Virus record (IMG/VR): IMGVR_UViG_3300025939_000002
Span: 1,435-65,434 of that record
DNA: 64,000 nt
DNA from: a virus
Taxonomy: Duplodnaviria > Caudoviricetes
Strand: one strand, 5' to 3'
The position numbers were made by a program, and so were the translations under genes. The notes under the pieces were generated by a model, which saw only the letters and a program-made list of their open reading frames with translations, made no database searches and was not told the DNA's origin. Shown here piece by piece: positions 1-9,069 of this stretch (positions within the stretch are counted from its first letter, which is position 1; each line of letters starts with the position of its first letter).

Positions 1-137
1 CAAAGGCCGTCGCCTCCGCCCTCAGCGATCTCGGTCCAGGCGGCCTCGGTGGCCTGCGGCCGGTCGCAGACCTCGCACGCGGGACCGACGTGGCGCGGGT
101 CGATGGCGGTGACCACGCCACCGCTATCCGACGTCAT
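1..137 (-). CDS. hypothetical phage protein, 5-prime part only (runs off window)
   Basis: ATG at 137 overlaps the TGA of the MazG-like gene (ATGA); CxxC motif (CEVC). Confidence 0.4.
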   Translation of the reverse strand, partial: MTSDSGGVVTAIDPRHVGPACEVCDRPQATEAAWTEIAEGGGDGL

Positions 138-445
138 GGCTGCGCCTCCTCGTCGGTGACATCGGCGAAGCTGGCGTCGCCCTCCTCGAAGATCCGCATC
201 GCCACCGCCGCCACCTGGATCGCCTCGCTCTCGACGTCGCCTCGGGCCTTGCGTTGGAGGAGCGCCCGCGCGAGCTCGCCGACCTCCTCGGCGAGCGCGG
301 CGAGCATGAGGCGGTTCGCCGGAAACTTCCTCCTGCCCCGCAGCACCTGCTCCTGCAGCGCCGTGATGGACGACGACGCCAGCGTGCTCGCGGCCCGACG
401 GGTTGGGCGTCCCCACGGCTCCGGCTGCCCGAGCACCGCGCTCAC
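134..445 (-). CDS. MazG-like nucleotide pyrophosphohydrolase domain protein
   Basis: ALAEEVGELARAL...ESEAIQVAAVA helical ExxE motif pattern; coupled to neighbours. Confidence 0.7.
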   Translation of the reverse strand: MSAVLGQPEPWGRPTRRAASTLASSSITALQEQVLRGRRKFPANRLMLAALAEEVGELARALLQRKARGDVESEAIQVAAVAMRIFEEGDASFADVTDEEAQP

Positions 446-1239
446 GCCGCCTCCGGCGCCGGCGGCTCATCGCCGAGGTGGTTGTAGATTCGCGCCGCCG
501 TCAGCCGCCGACGCAGCTTCGCGATGTCCTTGTCGAGCGCGGCGAGGCTAAGCTCCGCCCGCCTCCGCTCGAGCTCCGCCTCGGCATCGTGCTGGACCGC
601 CTCGGCGATCGCCCGCGCCTCGCGATGGCTCTCGAGGGCGGCGGCCCAGCCCGCCCGCGACTCCACGAGTTGAGCGAGCCGCTTCTCGGCTCCGAGCACG
701 CCGTCCGCGAGATGATCGACTTCCGCCTGCGCCTTGAGGGCCAGGCTCGATTCGTCCTGTGCCGTCGCCGCGGCCGACCTGGCCGCGGCGATGAGGTCGC
801 CGTTGCGCTCGTCGAAGCGCTGCAACCGCTGCGCCCGCTCCTGCTCGAGAGCATCGAGGTTGAGCGCCAGGCGCTCGACCCGGCGGCGCGCCCGCTCGAC
901 CTCGGCGTCGGTTGGCAGCGGGGCGATCCCTATCGCCGGCCCGGCGGCCGCCGCCTTGTCCCGGGCCCGCTTCTGCCGCCACCCGAGGACGCAGCAGCCG
1001 CAGACGGCAGCGATGCGGGCGCCGCCCGGCCCGGGGCGATAGACCCACCCCTCGGTGCAATGCCGGCAGCGCCGATGGCGGCACGCGAGCAGTTCGCCCA
1101 GGGGGGCGGTCTCGCCGTTGCCGAGGGCGATCGGCGAAGCGGAGGTCAGGACCCGCCCCTCGGCGGGGGTCAGCTCGGGCGCGATCTCGGTGGGGATGGC
1201 GGGCGCCCCACCGAGGGACTCGTCGGGGGCGAGCGACAT
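442..1239 (-). CDS. hypothetical protein, Cys-rich (Zn-finger-like) N-terminus plus long coiled coil
   Basis: Start MSLAPDES at 1239 (TGATG overlap with upstream stop); CRHRRCRHC...CGCC; heptad-rich C-terminus. Confidence 0.6.
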   Translation of the reverse strand: MSLAPDESLGGAPAIPTEIAPELTPAEGRVLTSASPIALGNGETAPLGELLACRHRRCRHCTEGWVYRPGPGGARIAAVCGCCVLGWRQKRARDKAAAAGPAIGIAPLPTDAEVERARRRVERLALNLDALEQERAQRLQRFDERNGDLIAAARSAAATAQDESSLALKAQAEVDHLADGVLGAEKRLAQLVESRAGWAAALESHREARAIAEAVQHDAEAELERRRAELSLAALDKDIAKLRRRLTAARIYNHLGDEPPAPEAA

Positions 1240-1850
1240 CACGCCACCGGCCTCGTCGGCCAGACGCTCTCGCCCAGCATCCGCTCCTCGCGCACCTTCT
1301 GCTCGCCGACGTCCTTGGGCTCGCCGGCGCTGGCCTGCTCGTCGGGCTTCGCCTTGCGCTTCTTGCCGCCGGGCTTCCCCTCGTCGGGCTTCCGTTCGGC
1401 GAGGGGCAGCGAGAGCTGGCGCTTCGACAACGTGACGTCGATCGTGCCGCAGGCGTTCTTGCCGAAGAAGAGCCACACGTCGGCCGAGAACACGAACTGG
1501 AACTTCAGCTCGACGCTGGGCTTGTCGGGCTCCTTGTCCTCCTGGAGCTTCTTCGCCTTCGCGACGGCCTTGATGCCGGTCACCTGCGCGATCTCGATCG
1601 CCTCGCCCTTGTCGCCGACGAGCTTCGCGTGCGCGGCCACGCTGTCGATCGGGAACACCACCTGGGTGATGCCGCGGTCGTCGAGCTGCTCGAGGGCCGC
1701 CAGCCCGAAGTCGCCGCCCAGCGAGCGGGCGATGTCCTCGTTGAGGTCGCGGCGGAAGGTCACGCGGCAGACCTTCTGCACGGGCCCGTCCACCTTCGGC
1801 ACCAGGGTCTCGATCCGTTTCACCTCTGCTTTGAGCGTCTGGTCGAACAT
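1239..1850 (-). CDS. hypothetical phage protein
   Basis: 203-aa ORF with RBS and host-like codon bias. Confidence 0.65.
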   Translation of the reverse strand: MFDQTLKAEVKRIETLVPKVDGPVQKVCRVTFRRDLNEDIARSLGGDFGLAALEQLDDRGITQVVFPIDSVAAHAKLVGDKGEAIEIAQVTGIKAVAKAKKLQEDKEPDKPSVELKFQFVFSADVWLFFGKNACGTIDVTLSKRQLSLPLAERKPDEGKPGGKKRKAKPDEQASAGEPKDVGEQKVREERMLGESVWPTRPVA

Positions 1851-1864
1851 GGCGGTCTCCTTCG

Positions 1865-3208
1865 TCAGGCGGTGAGTGGCATCTCTTGCTGCTCGGGCTC
1901 GACGTCACGTTCGACGTCGCAGAACTTGTAGTGGCGGCCGATCCAGTGCGCCTGGACCCAGCCGCCGGGCGCGCCGTTGCGGCCCTTGTCGCAGACGAGC
2001 GTGACGGGGCCGTCCTTCGTGAGGTCCTTGTTCCAGATCAGGATCACGAAGTCGGCCGCATACTCGACGTCGCCCGACTCCTTGAGCGACTTCATGGTCG
2101 GCGGCTTCGCGTTGTCCTTGCGGTCGCGGTTGAGCGACGACACGCCGATGATGGGAAGGCCGAGCTCGCCGGCGAGCGCCTTGAGCGCCCGGGCGTCGTC
2201 GGCAACCTGCTGGGCGCGGCTCTGCCGATCGTTGCCCCCCGAGGCGAGCTGGAGGAAATCGAAGATGGCGAGGGCCTTGTCGTTCGGATGGCGCGCCCGC
2301 CAGACGCGGGCGAGCGCGCCGAACTCGCGCACGCTGCGAACCTTCGTGTTCGCGTAGAACCGCAGCTTCCGCAGCAACGAGCCGGCGTCGTAGAGCCGGT
2401 GCGTGTCGTCGATCGAGACCTTCCCGCTCCGCAGGTAGAACGAGTTGACCTCGCCGAGGTGAGCGAGGGCGCGTTCGGCGAGCTGCTGCTTGCTCATCTC
2501 GAGGTTCACGCAGAAGCACGTGCCCCCCTCCTCCACGCAGAGGCGTAGGCCCGTCTGCACGGCAAGCGCCGACTTGCCTGCGCCGGGATCGGCGCCGAGT
2601 ATCACGAACTCCTCGGGGAAAAAGCCGTTCGTCATCGCGTCGAGCGCGAAGATGCCGGTCTTCACCCCCTCGACGGCGCCGCTACCGCGCGCCTCGATGG
2701 CATCGAGCGCGCCTGCGACGCTATCGCCGAGGAGATCGAGATCGTTGCGCGCCGAGCGGACCACGAGCTTCGAGACCAACGTGGAGTGCTCCTCGACGAG
2801 GCGGTCAGCCTCGACCTCGCCCCAGGCGCGCGAGGCGGTCTCGGCACAGAGCCGAATCAGGTCGCGCTTGGCGGCGGCGTTGCGGACGATGCTCACGTAG
2901 CCGGCTACGTTCTCGGCGGTGGGCACGGCGTTCGCGAGCGTCATGAGGTACCCCTCGCCACCATCGAGCCGTCGGATGACATCGCGGGCGCGGAGCTCGT
3001 CGGCCACGGTGACGGGGTCGAGGGGCATCTGGCGATGCGCGACGGTCGCCATCGCGTCGTAGACCTCGCGGTGGGCGGGGAGAAAGAACTCATCGAGGCG
3101 GAGCTGCGACTCGACAGTTGGCCACAGCGACGGGCGAATGAAGACGGCGCCGAGGACCGACTGCTCGGCCTCGACGTTGTGGGGCAAGGGGCGATCGGGG
3201 AGATTCAT
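1865..3208 (-). CDS. dnaB: replicative DNA helicase, DnaB family
   Basis: N-terminal LPHNVEAEQSVLG; Walker A GADPGAGKS; IFDFLQL, SLKESGDVEYAADFV, KGRNG motifs; ATGA overlap at 3205-3208. Confidence 0.95.
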   Translation of the reverse strand: MNLPDRPLPHNVEAEQSVLGAVFIRPSLWPTVESQLRLDEFFLPAHREVYDAMATVAHRQMPLDPVTVADELRARDVIRRLDGGEGYLMTLANAVPTAENVAGYVSIVRNAAAKRDLIRLCAETASRAWGEVEADRLVEEHSTLVSKLVVRSARNDLDLLGDSVAGALDAIEARGSGAVEGVKTGIFALDAMTNGFFPEEFVILGADPGAGKSALAVQTGLRLCVEEGGTCFCVNLEMSKQQLAERALAHLGEVNSFYLRSGKVSIDDTHRLYDAGSLLRKLRFYANTKVRSVREFGALARVWRARHPNDKALAIFDFLQLASGGNDRQSRAQQVADDARALKALAGELGLPIIGVSSLNRDRKDNAKPPTMKSLKESGDVEYAADFVILIWNKDLTKDGPVTLVCDKGRNGAPGGWVQAHWIGRHYKFCDVERDVEPEQQEMPLTA

Positions 3209-4227
3209 CGCGGCTGGTTGTTGGGGTCGAACCACGGCTCGCTCGCCTTTTTCGCGGCCTTCGCGGGCTCGCGCGAACGGCTATGGAGCTTCTCGCGGAG
3301 CCGGGTGAAGTCGCCGCACCAGCAGCCGAAGCCGAGGGTCGGATTTTCGAGGGCGCCGGTCTTTCCCTCGCCGGCCACGAGCTCGCGGAAGTGCAGCTTC
3401 ATCGTCGAGCGCACGTCCGCCGCCGCCTCGGGCGACAGCCGCTCGGCGAACGTCTCCGCTTTGCCGTCCGACGAGACCGGCGAGTCCCACGGCAACGCCC
3501 CCTCGACGTGCTCGCTCCGGATCTCTCCGTAGAGCCTCAGCAGGTCGTAGCCGACCAGCTTCGGGCCGCTGGGCAGGGGGTGGATCGTCGCGCCGTTGCC
3601 GTTCGCCTCCGGTGCCGTACGGGGTGGCGGTGGTGGCGCTACCAGCTCCGTGGGATCCTGCGCGCGCGCGGGCGGAGGGGGATCAGAGCAGGGAAGAGCA
3701 GAGCAGAGCAGAGCAGATACGTCCGCCGTGCGATGGAATTCCGTCACCGGTCCGACGCCGTTTGGCGTTTGTCCGTCACCTGTCCGATGGACGTCCGACG
3801 GAACGGCGTCGGAAGTCCGCAGCCGCGTCCGAAGTGTGGTGACCAGCGCCTCAAGGCGCGTCACCTCTGCCGCATCCTGTGACTGCTTCGCCCGAGCGAT
3901 CGACTTGCGCACCCGGTCGATTTCCATCCGGATGAGGCCCGCGCCCATGCGCCGCATCCAGTTGTGCACGCGCGTGCCGGCGGCGTCCCGGTCGATGAAG
4001 CCCGCTTTGACGGCGGCCTCGAAGAACCGGCCGTCCATCGCCGACCAGCCGACGTGCAGCTCGATCTCGGCCGGTGTGTAGGCGCTAATATCGCCGTCCT
4101 TCTGAAACTTCGCGCACCAGCGCCAGAGCTTCCAGAGATAGCCCCAGCCCAGTGGGTTGCCGACGAGGGCGCAAAAGCGCACCGTCTTCGGGTGCTCGGG
4201 GAAGTCCTCGTCGGTGTCGATGTTCAC
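3205..4227 (-). CDS. phage replication initiator / replisome organiser
   Basis: Directly upstream of dnaB; wHTH-like N-terminus (HPKT...GYLWKLWRWC); internal repeat array; GGAGG RBS before GTG. Confidence 0.7.
   Translation of the reverse strand: MNIDTDEDFPEHPKTVRFCALVGNPLGWGYLWKLWRWCAKFQKDGDISAYTPAEIELHVGWSAMDGRFFEAAVKAGFIDRDAAGTRVHNWMRRMGAGLIRMEIDRVRKSIARAKQSQDAAEVTRLEALVTTLRTRLRTSDAVPSDVHRTGDGQTPNGVGPVTEFHRTADVSALLCSALPCSDPPPPARAQDPTELVAPPPPPRTAPEANGNGATIHPLPSGPKLVGYDLLRLYGEIRSEHVEGALPWDSPVSSDGKAETFAERLSPEAAADVRSTMKLHFRELVAGEGKTGALENPTLGFGCWCGDFTRLREKLHSRSREPAKAAKKASEPWFDPNNQPR
3695..3831. repeat. putative replication origin: (AGAGC)x4 tandem repeat plus seven GTCCG iteron-like repeats
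   Basis: AGAGC tandem at 3695-3717; GTCCG at 3721, 3750, 3771, 3782, 3793, 3815, 3827, all inside the initiator gene. Confidence 0.6.
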
Positions 4228-4237
4228 GAGACCTCCA

Positions 4238-4750
4238 TCAGGCGACCTCGGCCTCGGGAGCCCCGGCGGCAGCCCCCTCGGCGGTGACGACCGCCAGGCA
4301 GCGCACCTCGCGCACGATGCGCGCGACCACGGCCTTGAGGTCGGGGCGCGCCTCGACCTGCTTGAGCGCGTAGATGACCGGCGTGTGGTCGCGATAGCAG
4401 GCGGCCCGCCCGCAGACCGGGAGGCTGCGGCCCATCGCGCGCATCGAGGCGGCGATCACCCAGCGCGCCTCGATGTGCGGCCCGGACTTCAGAGTCCACC
4501 GCTCGGACAGGTGCCGCGGTTCGATGCCCAGGGCGGTGGCCGCGAGCTCGACGACGTAGGCAGCCATCGCGTCGGTGTGCGCCGACGGCCGGGTGAACTG
4601 GTGGACGACGGTCACCTTCAGCGTCACGCCCGGCAGCTCGAGCTGCGTCTTCACGGCGGTCGCCACCGCCGAGACAGCCTGCTCGAGGCTGCGGGTCGCC
4701 TGGAATTCGGCCTCGAAGACGGCGATAAGCTTCTTTGTGTCGGTCGTCAT
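4238..4750 (-). CDS. DnaA domain-IV-like HTH protein
   Basis: ARWVIAASMRAMGRSLPVCGRAACYRDHTPVIYALKQVE resembles the DnaA C-terminal S(L)PxIG...RDHTTV motif; ATGA overlap at 4747-4750. Confidence 0.7.
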   Translation of the reverse strand: MTTDTKKLIAVFEAEFQATRSLEQAVSAVATAVKTQLELPGVTLKVTVVHQFTRPSAHTDAMAAYVVELAATALGIEPRHLSERWTLKSGPHIEARWVIAASMRAMGRSLPVCGRAACYRDHTPVIYALKQVEARPDLKAVVARIVREVRCLAVVTAEGAAAGAPEAEVA

Positions 4751-5340
4751 GCAGCCTCCTGGGCCCGGCGGGCGCCGGCGATGGGCACGATCGGGGTGTC
4801 GTAGGCGAGCATCAGCGGGTGGCGGGGGGAGCCGTCGCGGTTGAGCCCCAGGCAGTCGGCGATGCTGCAGAAGACCTGCACCCGCGCGCCCTGCGTGAGC
4901 CCGCGCAGCCGAGGCGGGACGCGGCCCCACGCGGCGATGTTCCGGCCGATCAGCGCCGGGCGGGAGATGGCCCATCCGATCGCCGCCTCGTTGTGCTCGC
5001 CGCGGACATCCACGCCCCGGCACGCAGCGCGGACCAGATCGCAGGGGTCCGTGGCCGAGTAGGCGAGCAGGTTGACGATGACGATGCCGCCGGCGCCACC
5101 TCGGCGCGCGAACCCGACGCACTTGCGGACGGTGGGGTCGTCGACGTCGTGGCGAGCCTTCGAGGGGTTGAGCATCGCGAACGTCCACAGCGGGCGGTAC
5201 GTGCTCCAGGGGTCGTCGCCAAAGTAGTCGTCCCACATCCGACCGACGAGGTAGCGATAGCGGTCGTCGGGGCTGGTCACGGCCCAGGCGCGCTCGTCAC
5301 CGCGGGTGACGAGGCCGAGACTCGCGAGGATGGCCTTCAT
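4747..5340 (-). CDS. DUF1643 family protein
   Basis: FAMLNPS...DDPTVRKC...NLLAYSATDP...AAWG...RHPL motifs. Confidence 0.85.
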   Translation of the reverse strand: MKAILASLGLVTRGDERAWAVTSPDDRYRYLVGRMWDDYFGDDPWSTYRPLWTFAMLNPSKARHDVDDPTVRKCVGFARRGGAGGIVIVNLLAYSATDPCDLVRAACRGVDVRGEHNEAAIGWAISRPALIGRNIAAWGRVPPRLRGLTQGARVQVFCSIADCLGLNRDGSPRHPLMLAYDTPIVPIAGARRAQEAA

Positions 5341-5855
5341 GCCGCGTCCTCCTCGCCCGGATGCCGCCGCCGCAGCTTCCCGGTCGCGATCTCCTCGAGC
5401 TGCCGTACCCGCTCGCGCGTGAGCCCCACAAGGCGCCCGACGCGCTCGAGGGTCTCACCGCCGCGGGCCGCGACGTCGAGGACGCAGGTCTCCTCGAGCT
5501 CCCAGGGGTTCCGCTGGGGCTGGTTGAGCTTGAGCGCGCCCGTCGGCGAGACGTCGAGGTAGAGGTGCCACTTGCAACTGACCCACGGGCATGGGCGCAC
5601 GCCGTCGATGCAGTCGCCGCGGGTCCGCGGGCGGCGGACGTCCTCGGGGAGGACCAGGAGGCCGGCGGCCTCGCGCTCCTCACGGCTGAGCGGGCGGTCG
5701 TCCCTGACCGAGCGGCGGCGCCACGCGCGCAGCATCGCCACCGTGGGCGCGGGCTCGTCGGTGATGTCGTTGGCGGGCGCCTCGTTGCGGGCGTAGCCGC
5801 AGACGATGCACGGGCAGGCCTCGTCGAGGGGGTGGTCGTCGTCGCGGAGGGTCAT
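5337..5855 (-). CDS. sigma70 region-4-like HTH DNA-binding protein (myxobacterial RPxTRxxC...PCPWVSCxxHLYLDV type), copy 1
   Basis: PCPWVSCKWHLYLDV; C-terminal TLERVGRLVGLTRERVRQLE HTH. Confidence 0.8.
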   Translation of the reverse strand: MTLRDDDHPLDEACPCIVCGYARNEAPANDITDEPAPTVAMLRAWRRRSVRDDRPLSREEREAAGLLVLPEDVRRPRTRGDCIDGVRPCPWVSCKWHLYLDVSPTGALKLNQPQRNPWELEETCVLDVAARGGETLERVGRLVGLTRERVRQLEEIATGKLRRRHPGEEDAA

Positions 5856-6160
5856 GCGATCCCCTTCCCGCGATGCGGGAACGCGTAGGCGATGGCGTCC
5901 GCGAGGTCGTCGCGGGACTCACGCGGCGGCACCACCCAGCACCCGGGGCAGACATCGCGAAGGCAGCGCCCGTCGCACCGCTGCACCCAGCCGGCGGACG
6001 CGGCCTGGTGGACGGCCACGGCCCGGTCCCAGTCGCTGTCGCGGCCCGTGTAGCAGAGCGGCCCGGCGGCGCCGCAGCCGTCGCACACGACCCCGACGTA
6101 GGTCGACGAGTACTGTCGGCCGTCTCCGCCGGTCCAGCACACGTAGTCGATGCGGATCAT
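5852..6160 (-). CDS. hypothetical Cys-rich protein
   Basis: ATG at 6160 overlaps upstream stop; CDGC and CPGC motifs. Confidence 0.55.
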   Translation of the reverse strand: MIRIDYVCWTGGDGRQYSSTYVGVVCDGCGAAGPLCYTGRDSDWDRAVAVHQAASAGWVQRCDGRCLRDVCPGCWVVPPRESRDDLADAIAYAFPHRGKGIA

Positions 6161-6507
6161 CTGGTCCTCGCTACCGGCCGGTACGGCAAACGAGCGGCGC
6201 CGCGAATCCGCTCGCATGTCGACACTGGGCGGAAATCGGGATCGCCGAACACCAGATCGGCGAAGAGTTCATCGATGACTTCGGGGTCGTGCTGAATGGC
6301 CTGCACGAACCACGACAGGTGGTGGTCCTCTGCGTAGGTGTTCTCAGGAAGACGGCTCGTCCAATACGGACAGCCCGCCTTAACTGCATCGTGATGAACG
6401 ATCCGGAAGCCCGTCAGGATGGTCTGGGGGTCGGTGGAAAGCCACTCGACCCATCCATCATCGAGGTAGCGGATTGGCGTATGACACGCGTCGCACAGGA
6501 GTTTCAC
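6157..6507 (-). CDS. hypothetical protein
   Basis: GTG at 6507 (GTGA overlap) with GGAGG RBS; CDAC motif. Confidence 0.55.
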   Translation of the reverse strand: MKLLCDACHTPIRYLDDGWVEWLSTDPQTILTGFRIVHHDAVKAGCPYWTSRLPENTYAEDHHLSWFVQAIQHDPEVIDELFADLVFGDPDFRPVSTCERIRGAARLPYRPVARTR

Positions 6508-7034
6508 GCTGCCTCCGCGGGAATCTGGTCGCCGAGGCACGTCCACCCCGGCCGGCGCCGACGGCTGAACAGCTCTACATACGGTCCCGCCGATAGCCGC
6601 TCGACGAGGCTGTAGAACACCCCGGGCTTCTCCGAGTGGGCGCGCACGGGGGCAGCGAAGCGCGAGCGGACGGCCCGGTCGGCGGGCTGCACGCGGCCGC
6701 GCACCGCCACGATGCAGGTCTCGTGGGAGGCGCGGACGTAGCGGCCCATCCCGAAGTGGGGCTTGCCGGTGGCGGTGACCTTCTCCCAGACGATCTCGCT
6801 CTTGGCGGTAAAGCCCCAGGCCCGCACCACCCGGTAGGCCTCCTCGACCTGCGACGAGACCCGCCACAGGAACAGCCACGCGTCGTCGGCGACGGGGGGG
6901 ACCGCGAAAGCGCAGATGTCGTCGACGGTCATGACCGCGTAGTTCTTCGCGGCGCCGCGGCTGGGGCCGGGCAGGCGGTCGTTGAAGGCCCAGGGCGGAT
7001 CGGCGACGAGCACGCGGGCGGGCCCGTCGCTCAC
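6504..7034 (-). CDS. MT-A70 family adenine methyltransferase
   Basis: VLVADPPW; LFLW; WGF; GMGRYVRASHE; HSEKP; ELFSRRRRPGWTCLGDQ. Confidence 0.92.
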   Translation of the reverse strand: MSDGPARVLVADPPWAFNDRLPGPSRGAAKNYAVMTVDDICAFAVPPVADDAWLFLWRVSSQVEEAYRVVRAWGFTAKSEIVWEKVTATGKPHFGMGRYVRASHETCIVAVRGRVQPADRAVRSRFAAPVRAHSEKPGVFYSLVERLSAGPYVELFSRRRRPGWTCLGDQIPAEAA

Positions 7035-7354
7035 GACGGCCTCCCCGGGCAGCGGGGCGCCCGGTGGTCGTCGCCGCCGCAGAGGCCGCAGCACTTCCGG
7101 AGGCGCCCGGGGGTGGCCGCCCGGCGCTCGGCCTGCCGGACCCGCCAGGGGCGGCGGACCCGGTCGAGGCAGTCCTCGAACTCCCGCAACAGGGAGTCGA
7201 ATACCATCTGCGACATGCCCTCGAAACGGGCCGCCGGCAATCCTGTGTAGCGCGCCCAGTTGACGAAGTTCGCGACAACCTTCGCGCTACGCCTTCGCTC
7301 GGCCATCACGGCGTCGATCACCACCCGCCGGGGGACGACCGTCACCAGCTTCAC
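7031..7354 (-). CDS. hypothetical protein with C-terminal CCHC zinc knuckle
   Basis: CGLCGGDDHRAPRC; GTGA overlaps at both ends. Confidence 0.55.
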   Translation of the reverse strand: MKLVTVVPRRVVIDAVMAERRRSAKVVANFVNWARYTGLPAARFEGMSQMVFDSLLREFEDCLDRVRRPWRVRQAERRAATPGRLRKCCGLCGGDDHRAPRCPGRPS

Positions 7355-7431
7355 GTCAGCACCAGCACGGCGATGCTGATCACGAGGATCACCACCAGCA
7401 GCGAGATCGCCTCGTTGCGGTCGTCCCTCAC
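7351..7431 (-). CDS. 26-aa single-TM peptide (MRDDRNEAISLLVVILVISIAVLVLT)
   Basis: Read by hand; fills the gap exactly with GTGA overlaps on both sides. Confidence 0.5.
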   Translation of the reverse strand: MRDDRNEAISLLVVILVISIAVLVLT

Positions 7432-7625
7432 GACGCCCTCGCGAGCTGCATCTGGGCGCCGACCTCGCCCGCCATCCGCTCGACGCACGACCGGCAGGCC
7501 TCGGTGTCCTGCCGGGACTCGAGGCGATGGCGAAGAACCGCGACTGCCTCGGCCGCGCCGAGGTGGCAGTACTCACATGCGACCACCAGCGCGTAGTCCT
7601 CCCTCACGAACACGTCGTCCATCAC
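7428..7625 (-). CDS. hypothetical protein (CEYC motif)
   Basis: Small ORF in a coupled operon. Confidence 0.5.
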   Translation of the reverse strand: MMDDVFVREDYALVVACEYCHLGAAEAVAVLRHRLESRQDTEACRSCVERMAGEVGAQMQLARAS

Positions 7626-7628
7626 CCG

Positions 7629-7856
7629 CTACCTCCCGGCTTCGAGCTCGGCGACGAGGCCCAGGACCTCGCCGCGCACGTTGTCCACGCGCACCTGCTC
7701 GCGCCGCGTGGGCCACTCGGCGTACTTGGCGGCCCGCCGATCAGCGCGGGCGAGGATGTCGCGCAGGCGCCAGGCGAGCGCCGCCCGCTGGCGGGCCGGG
7801 ATCGCGCGGGCGTCGACGTTGGGGATCGCCCGGACGGGCAGGTGGAGGGCTCTCAT
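7629..7856 (-). CDS. hypothetical protein
   Basis: ATG at 7856 overlaps upstream stop. Confidence 0.5.
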   Translation of the reverse strand: MRALHLPVRAIPNVDARAIPARQRAALAWRLRDILARADRRAAKYAEWPTRREQVRVDNVRGEVLGLVAELEAGR

Positions 7857-8185
7857 CGCGCGCCTCGTGCGTGCGCCGGGCATCGATCACGGTTCGAGCC
7901 GACGCGGTGGCGATGGATGGCGCAGACCCGTCGGTCGCATGTGCGGCGGCCCTCGACGGGTTCGTCGCAGAGCGCGACCTGCTCGTTCTTGCAGCCGGGC
8001 TCCTCGCAGAGGGCAGAGCGACGTCGGCCCCGGATGCAAACGTGGGCCGCCGAGCCGCCGGCCGCCACGGCGGCCTCGCCCGAGGCGAAGACGCGGCCGC
8101 AGACCAGGCATTCGCCGCCACCAGCCGGCGCCTTCCCCCCCGCCGCGACCTCCCCGCCGCAGGGGCACCGCACCATCCAGCTCAC
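7853..8185 (-). CDS. hypothetical Cys-rich protein
   Basis: Several CxxC pairs; coupled to neighbours. Confidence 0.55.
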   Translation of the reverse strand: MSWMVRCPCGGEVAAGGKAPAGGGECLVCGRVFASGEAAVAAGGSAAHVCIRGRRRSALCEEPGCKNEQVALCDEPVEGRRTCDRRVCAIHRHRVGSNRDRCPAHARGAR

Positions 8186-8535
8186 GCCGCCCTCGCGGGT
8201 TCGAGCGCGAGCTCGGCGGCGAGGATCGCCTTGTCGAGCAGCGCGAGGACCTCATCGCCGCTGCGACCATCGCGCATCTCCCAGTCGACGATGCCGGCGT
8301 AGCGGTCCCGGGGCAGGAACGTCTCGACGAACCCGCAGACGCCGTAGACCGCGACGTGCCAGGCGGCCTCGCTCTCGAGCGGCCCCCTCGCGCCGAGCGC
8401 GCGGTCGAGCACCGCCAGGGCGACGGCGTAGTAGATGCTGACGCCGGCGTTGTCGTCGAACGGCCCCCAGCCGCGCTCGAGGATGATGCCGCGGGCGGCG
8501 TTCAGGACCTCCGCGGCCGTCTGCACGGGCGTCAC
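8182..8535 (-). CDS. hypothetical phage protein (DUF6197-like)
   Basis: EVLNAARGIILERGW...DWEMRDGRSGDEVLALLDKA pattern; GTGA overlap. Confidence 0.55.
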   Translation of the reverse strand: MTPVQTAAEVLNAARGIILERGWGPFDDNAGVSIYYAVALAVLDRALGARGPLESEAAWHVAVYGVCGFVETFLPRDRYAGIVDWEMRDGRSGDEVLALLDKAILAAELALEPARAA

Positions 8536-8621
8536 AGGACGCCCCACAGCCGCAGGAGGGCCGCGACCAGCGCGCCGATGGCCGCGGCGGCGACGAGGCA
8601 AGCCCAGCAGCGCTCCCTCAT
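8532..8621 (-). CDS. small hydrophobic peptide
   Basis: MRERCWACLVAAAAIGALVAALLRLWGVL; overlaps both neighbours. Confidence 0.45.
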   Translation of the reverse strand: MRERCWACLVAAAAIGALVAALLRLWGVL

Positions 8622-8842
8622 CGCCGGGCTCCGAGCGGGAGGGTGAGCTGCCGGTGGATCTGGTCGGCCTCCCGGAGGAGGGCCTCGGGCCCGTAGGTGC
8701 CCGCGGCCGCGAAGGCCAGCTTCATCGCGGCGTCGCCCTCGGTGAGCGCCTCCAGCACCTGGATCGCGGCCCGGGCGGCCCTGAGGGCGTCGCTGGCGGC
8801 CACACACGCGACGGCCCACTGCCCGGTCTCGGCGACGGTCAT
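8618..8842 (-). CDS. hypothetical protein
   Basis: ATGA overlaps with both neighbours. Confidence 0.5.
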   Translation of the reverse strand: MTVAETGQWAVACVAASDALRAARAAIQVLEALTEGDAAMKLAFAAAGTYGPEALLREADQIHRQLTLPLGARR

Positions 8843-9069
8843 GACCGGCCCCCGTGCCGCCACGACCGGGCGATCGCCAGCGCGGCGGCCTCGAGGTGGG
8901 GCTCGGGCGCGACGAGGATGTGCACCTCGCAGTTCGCGCACCGCTTCAGGAAGGCCGGCGTGCTGGGCCGCAGGTCATCGACCTCGACCCGGCGGACCCC
9001 GGCCCCGAGGGCGTGGATGTCCCAGCGGCAGAGGGTCGCGGCGGCGAGGCGCCGGAGGAGGGAGATCAC
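8839..9069 (-). CDS. hypothetical protein coupled to the int stop codon
   Basis: GTG overlaps the int TGA at 9066-9069. Confidence 0.5.
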   Translation of the reverse strand: MISLLRRLAAATLCRWDIHALGAGVRRVEVDDLRPSTPAFLKRCANCEVHILVAPEPHLEAAALAIARSWRHGGRS

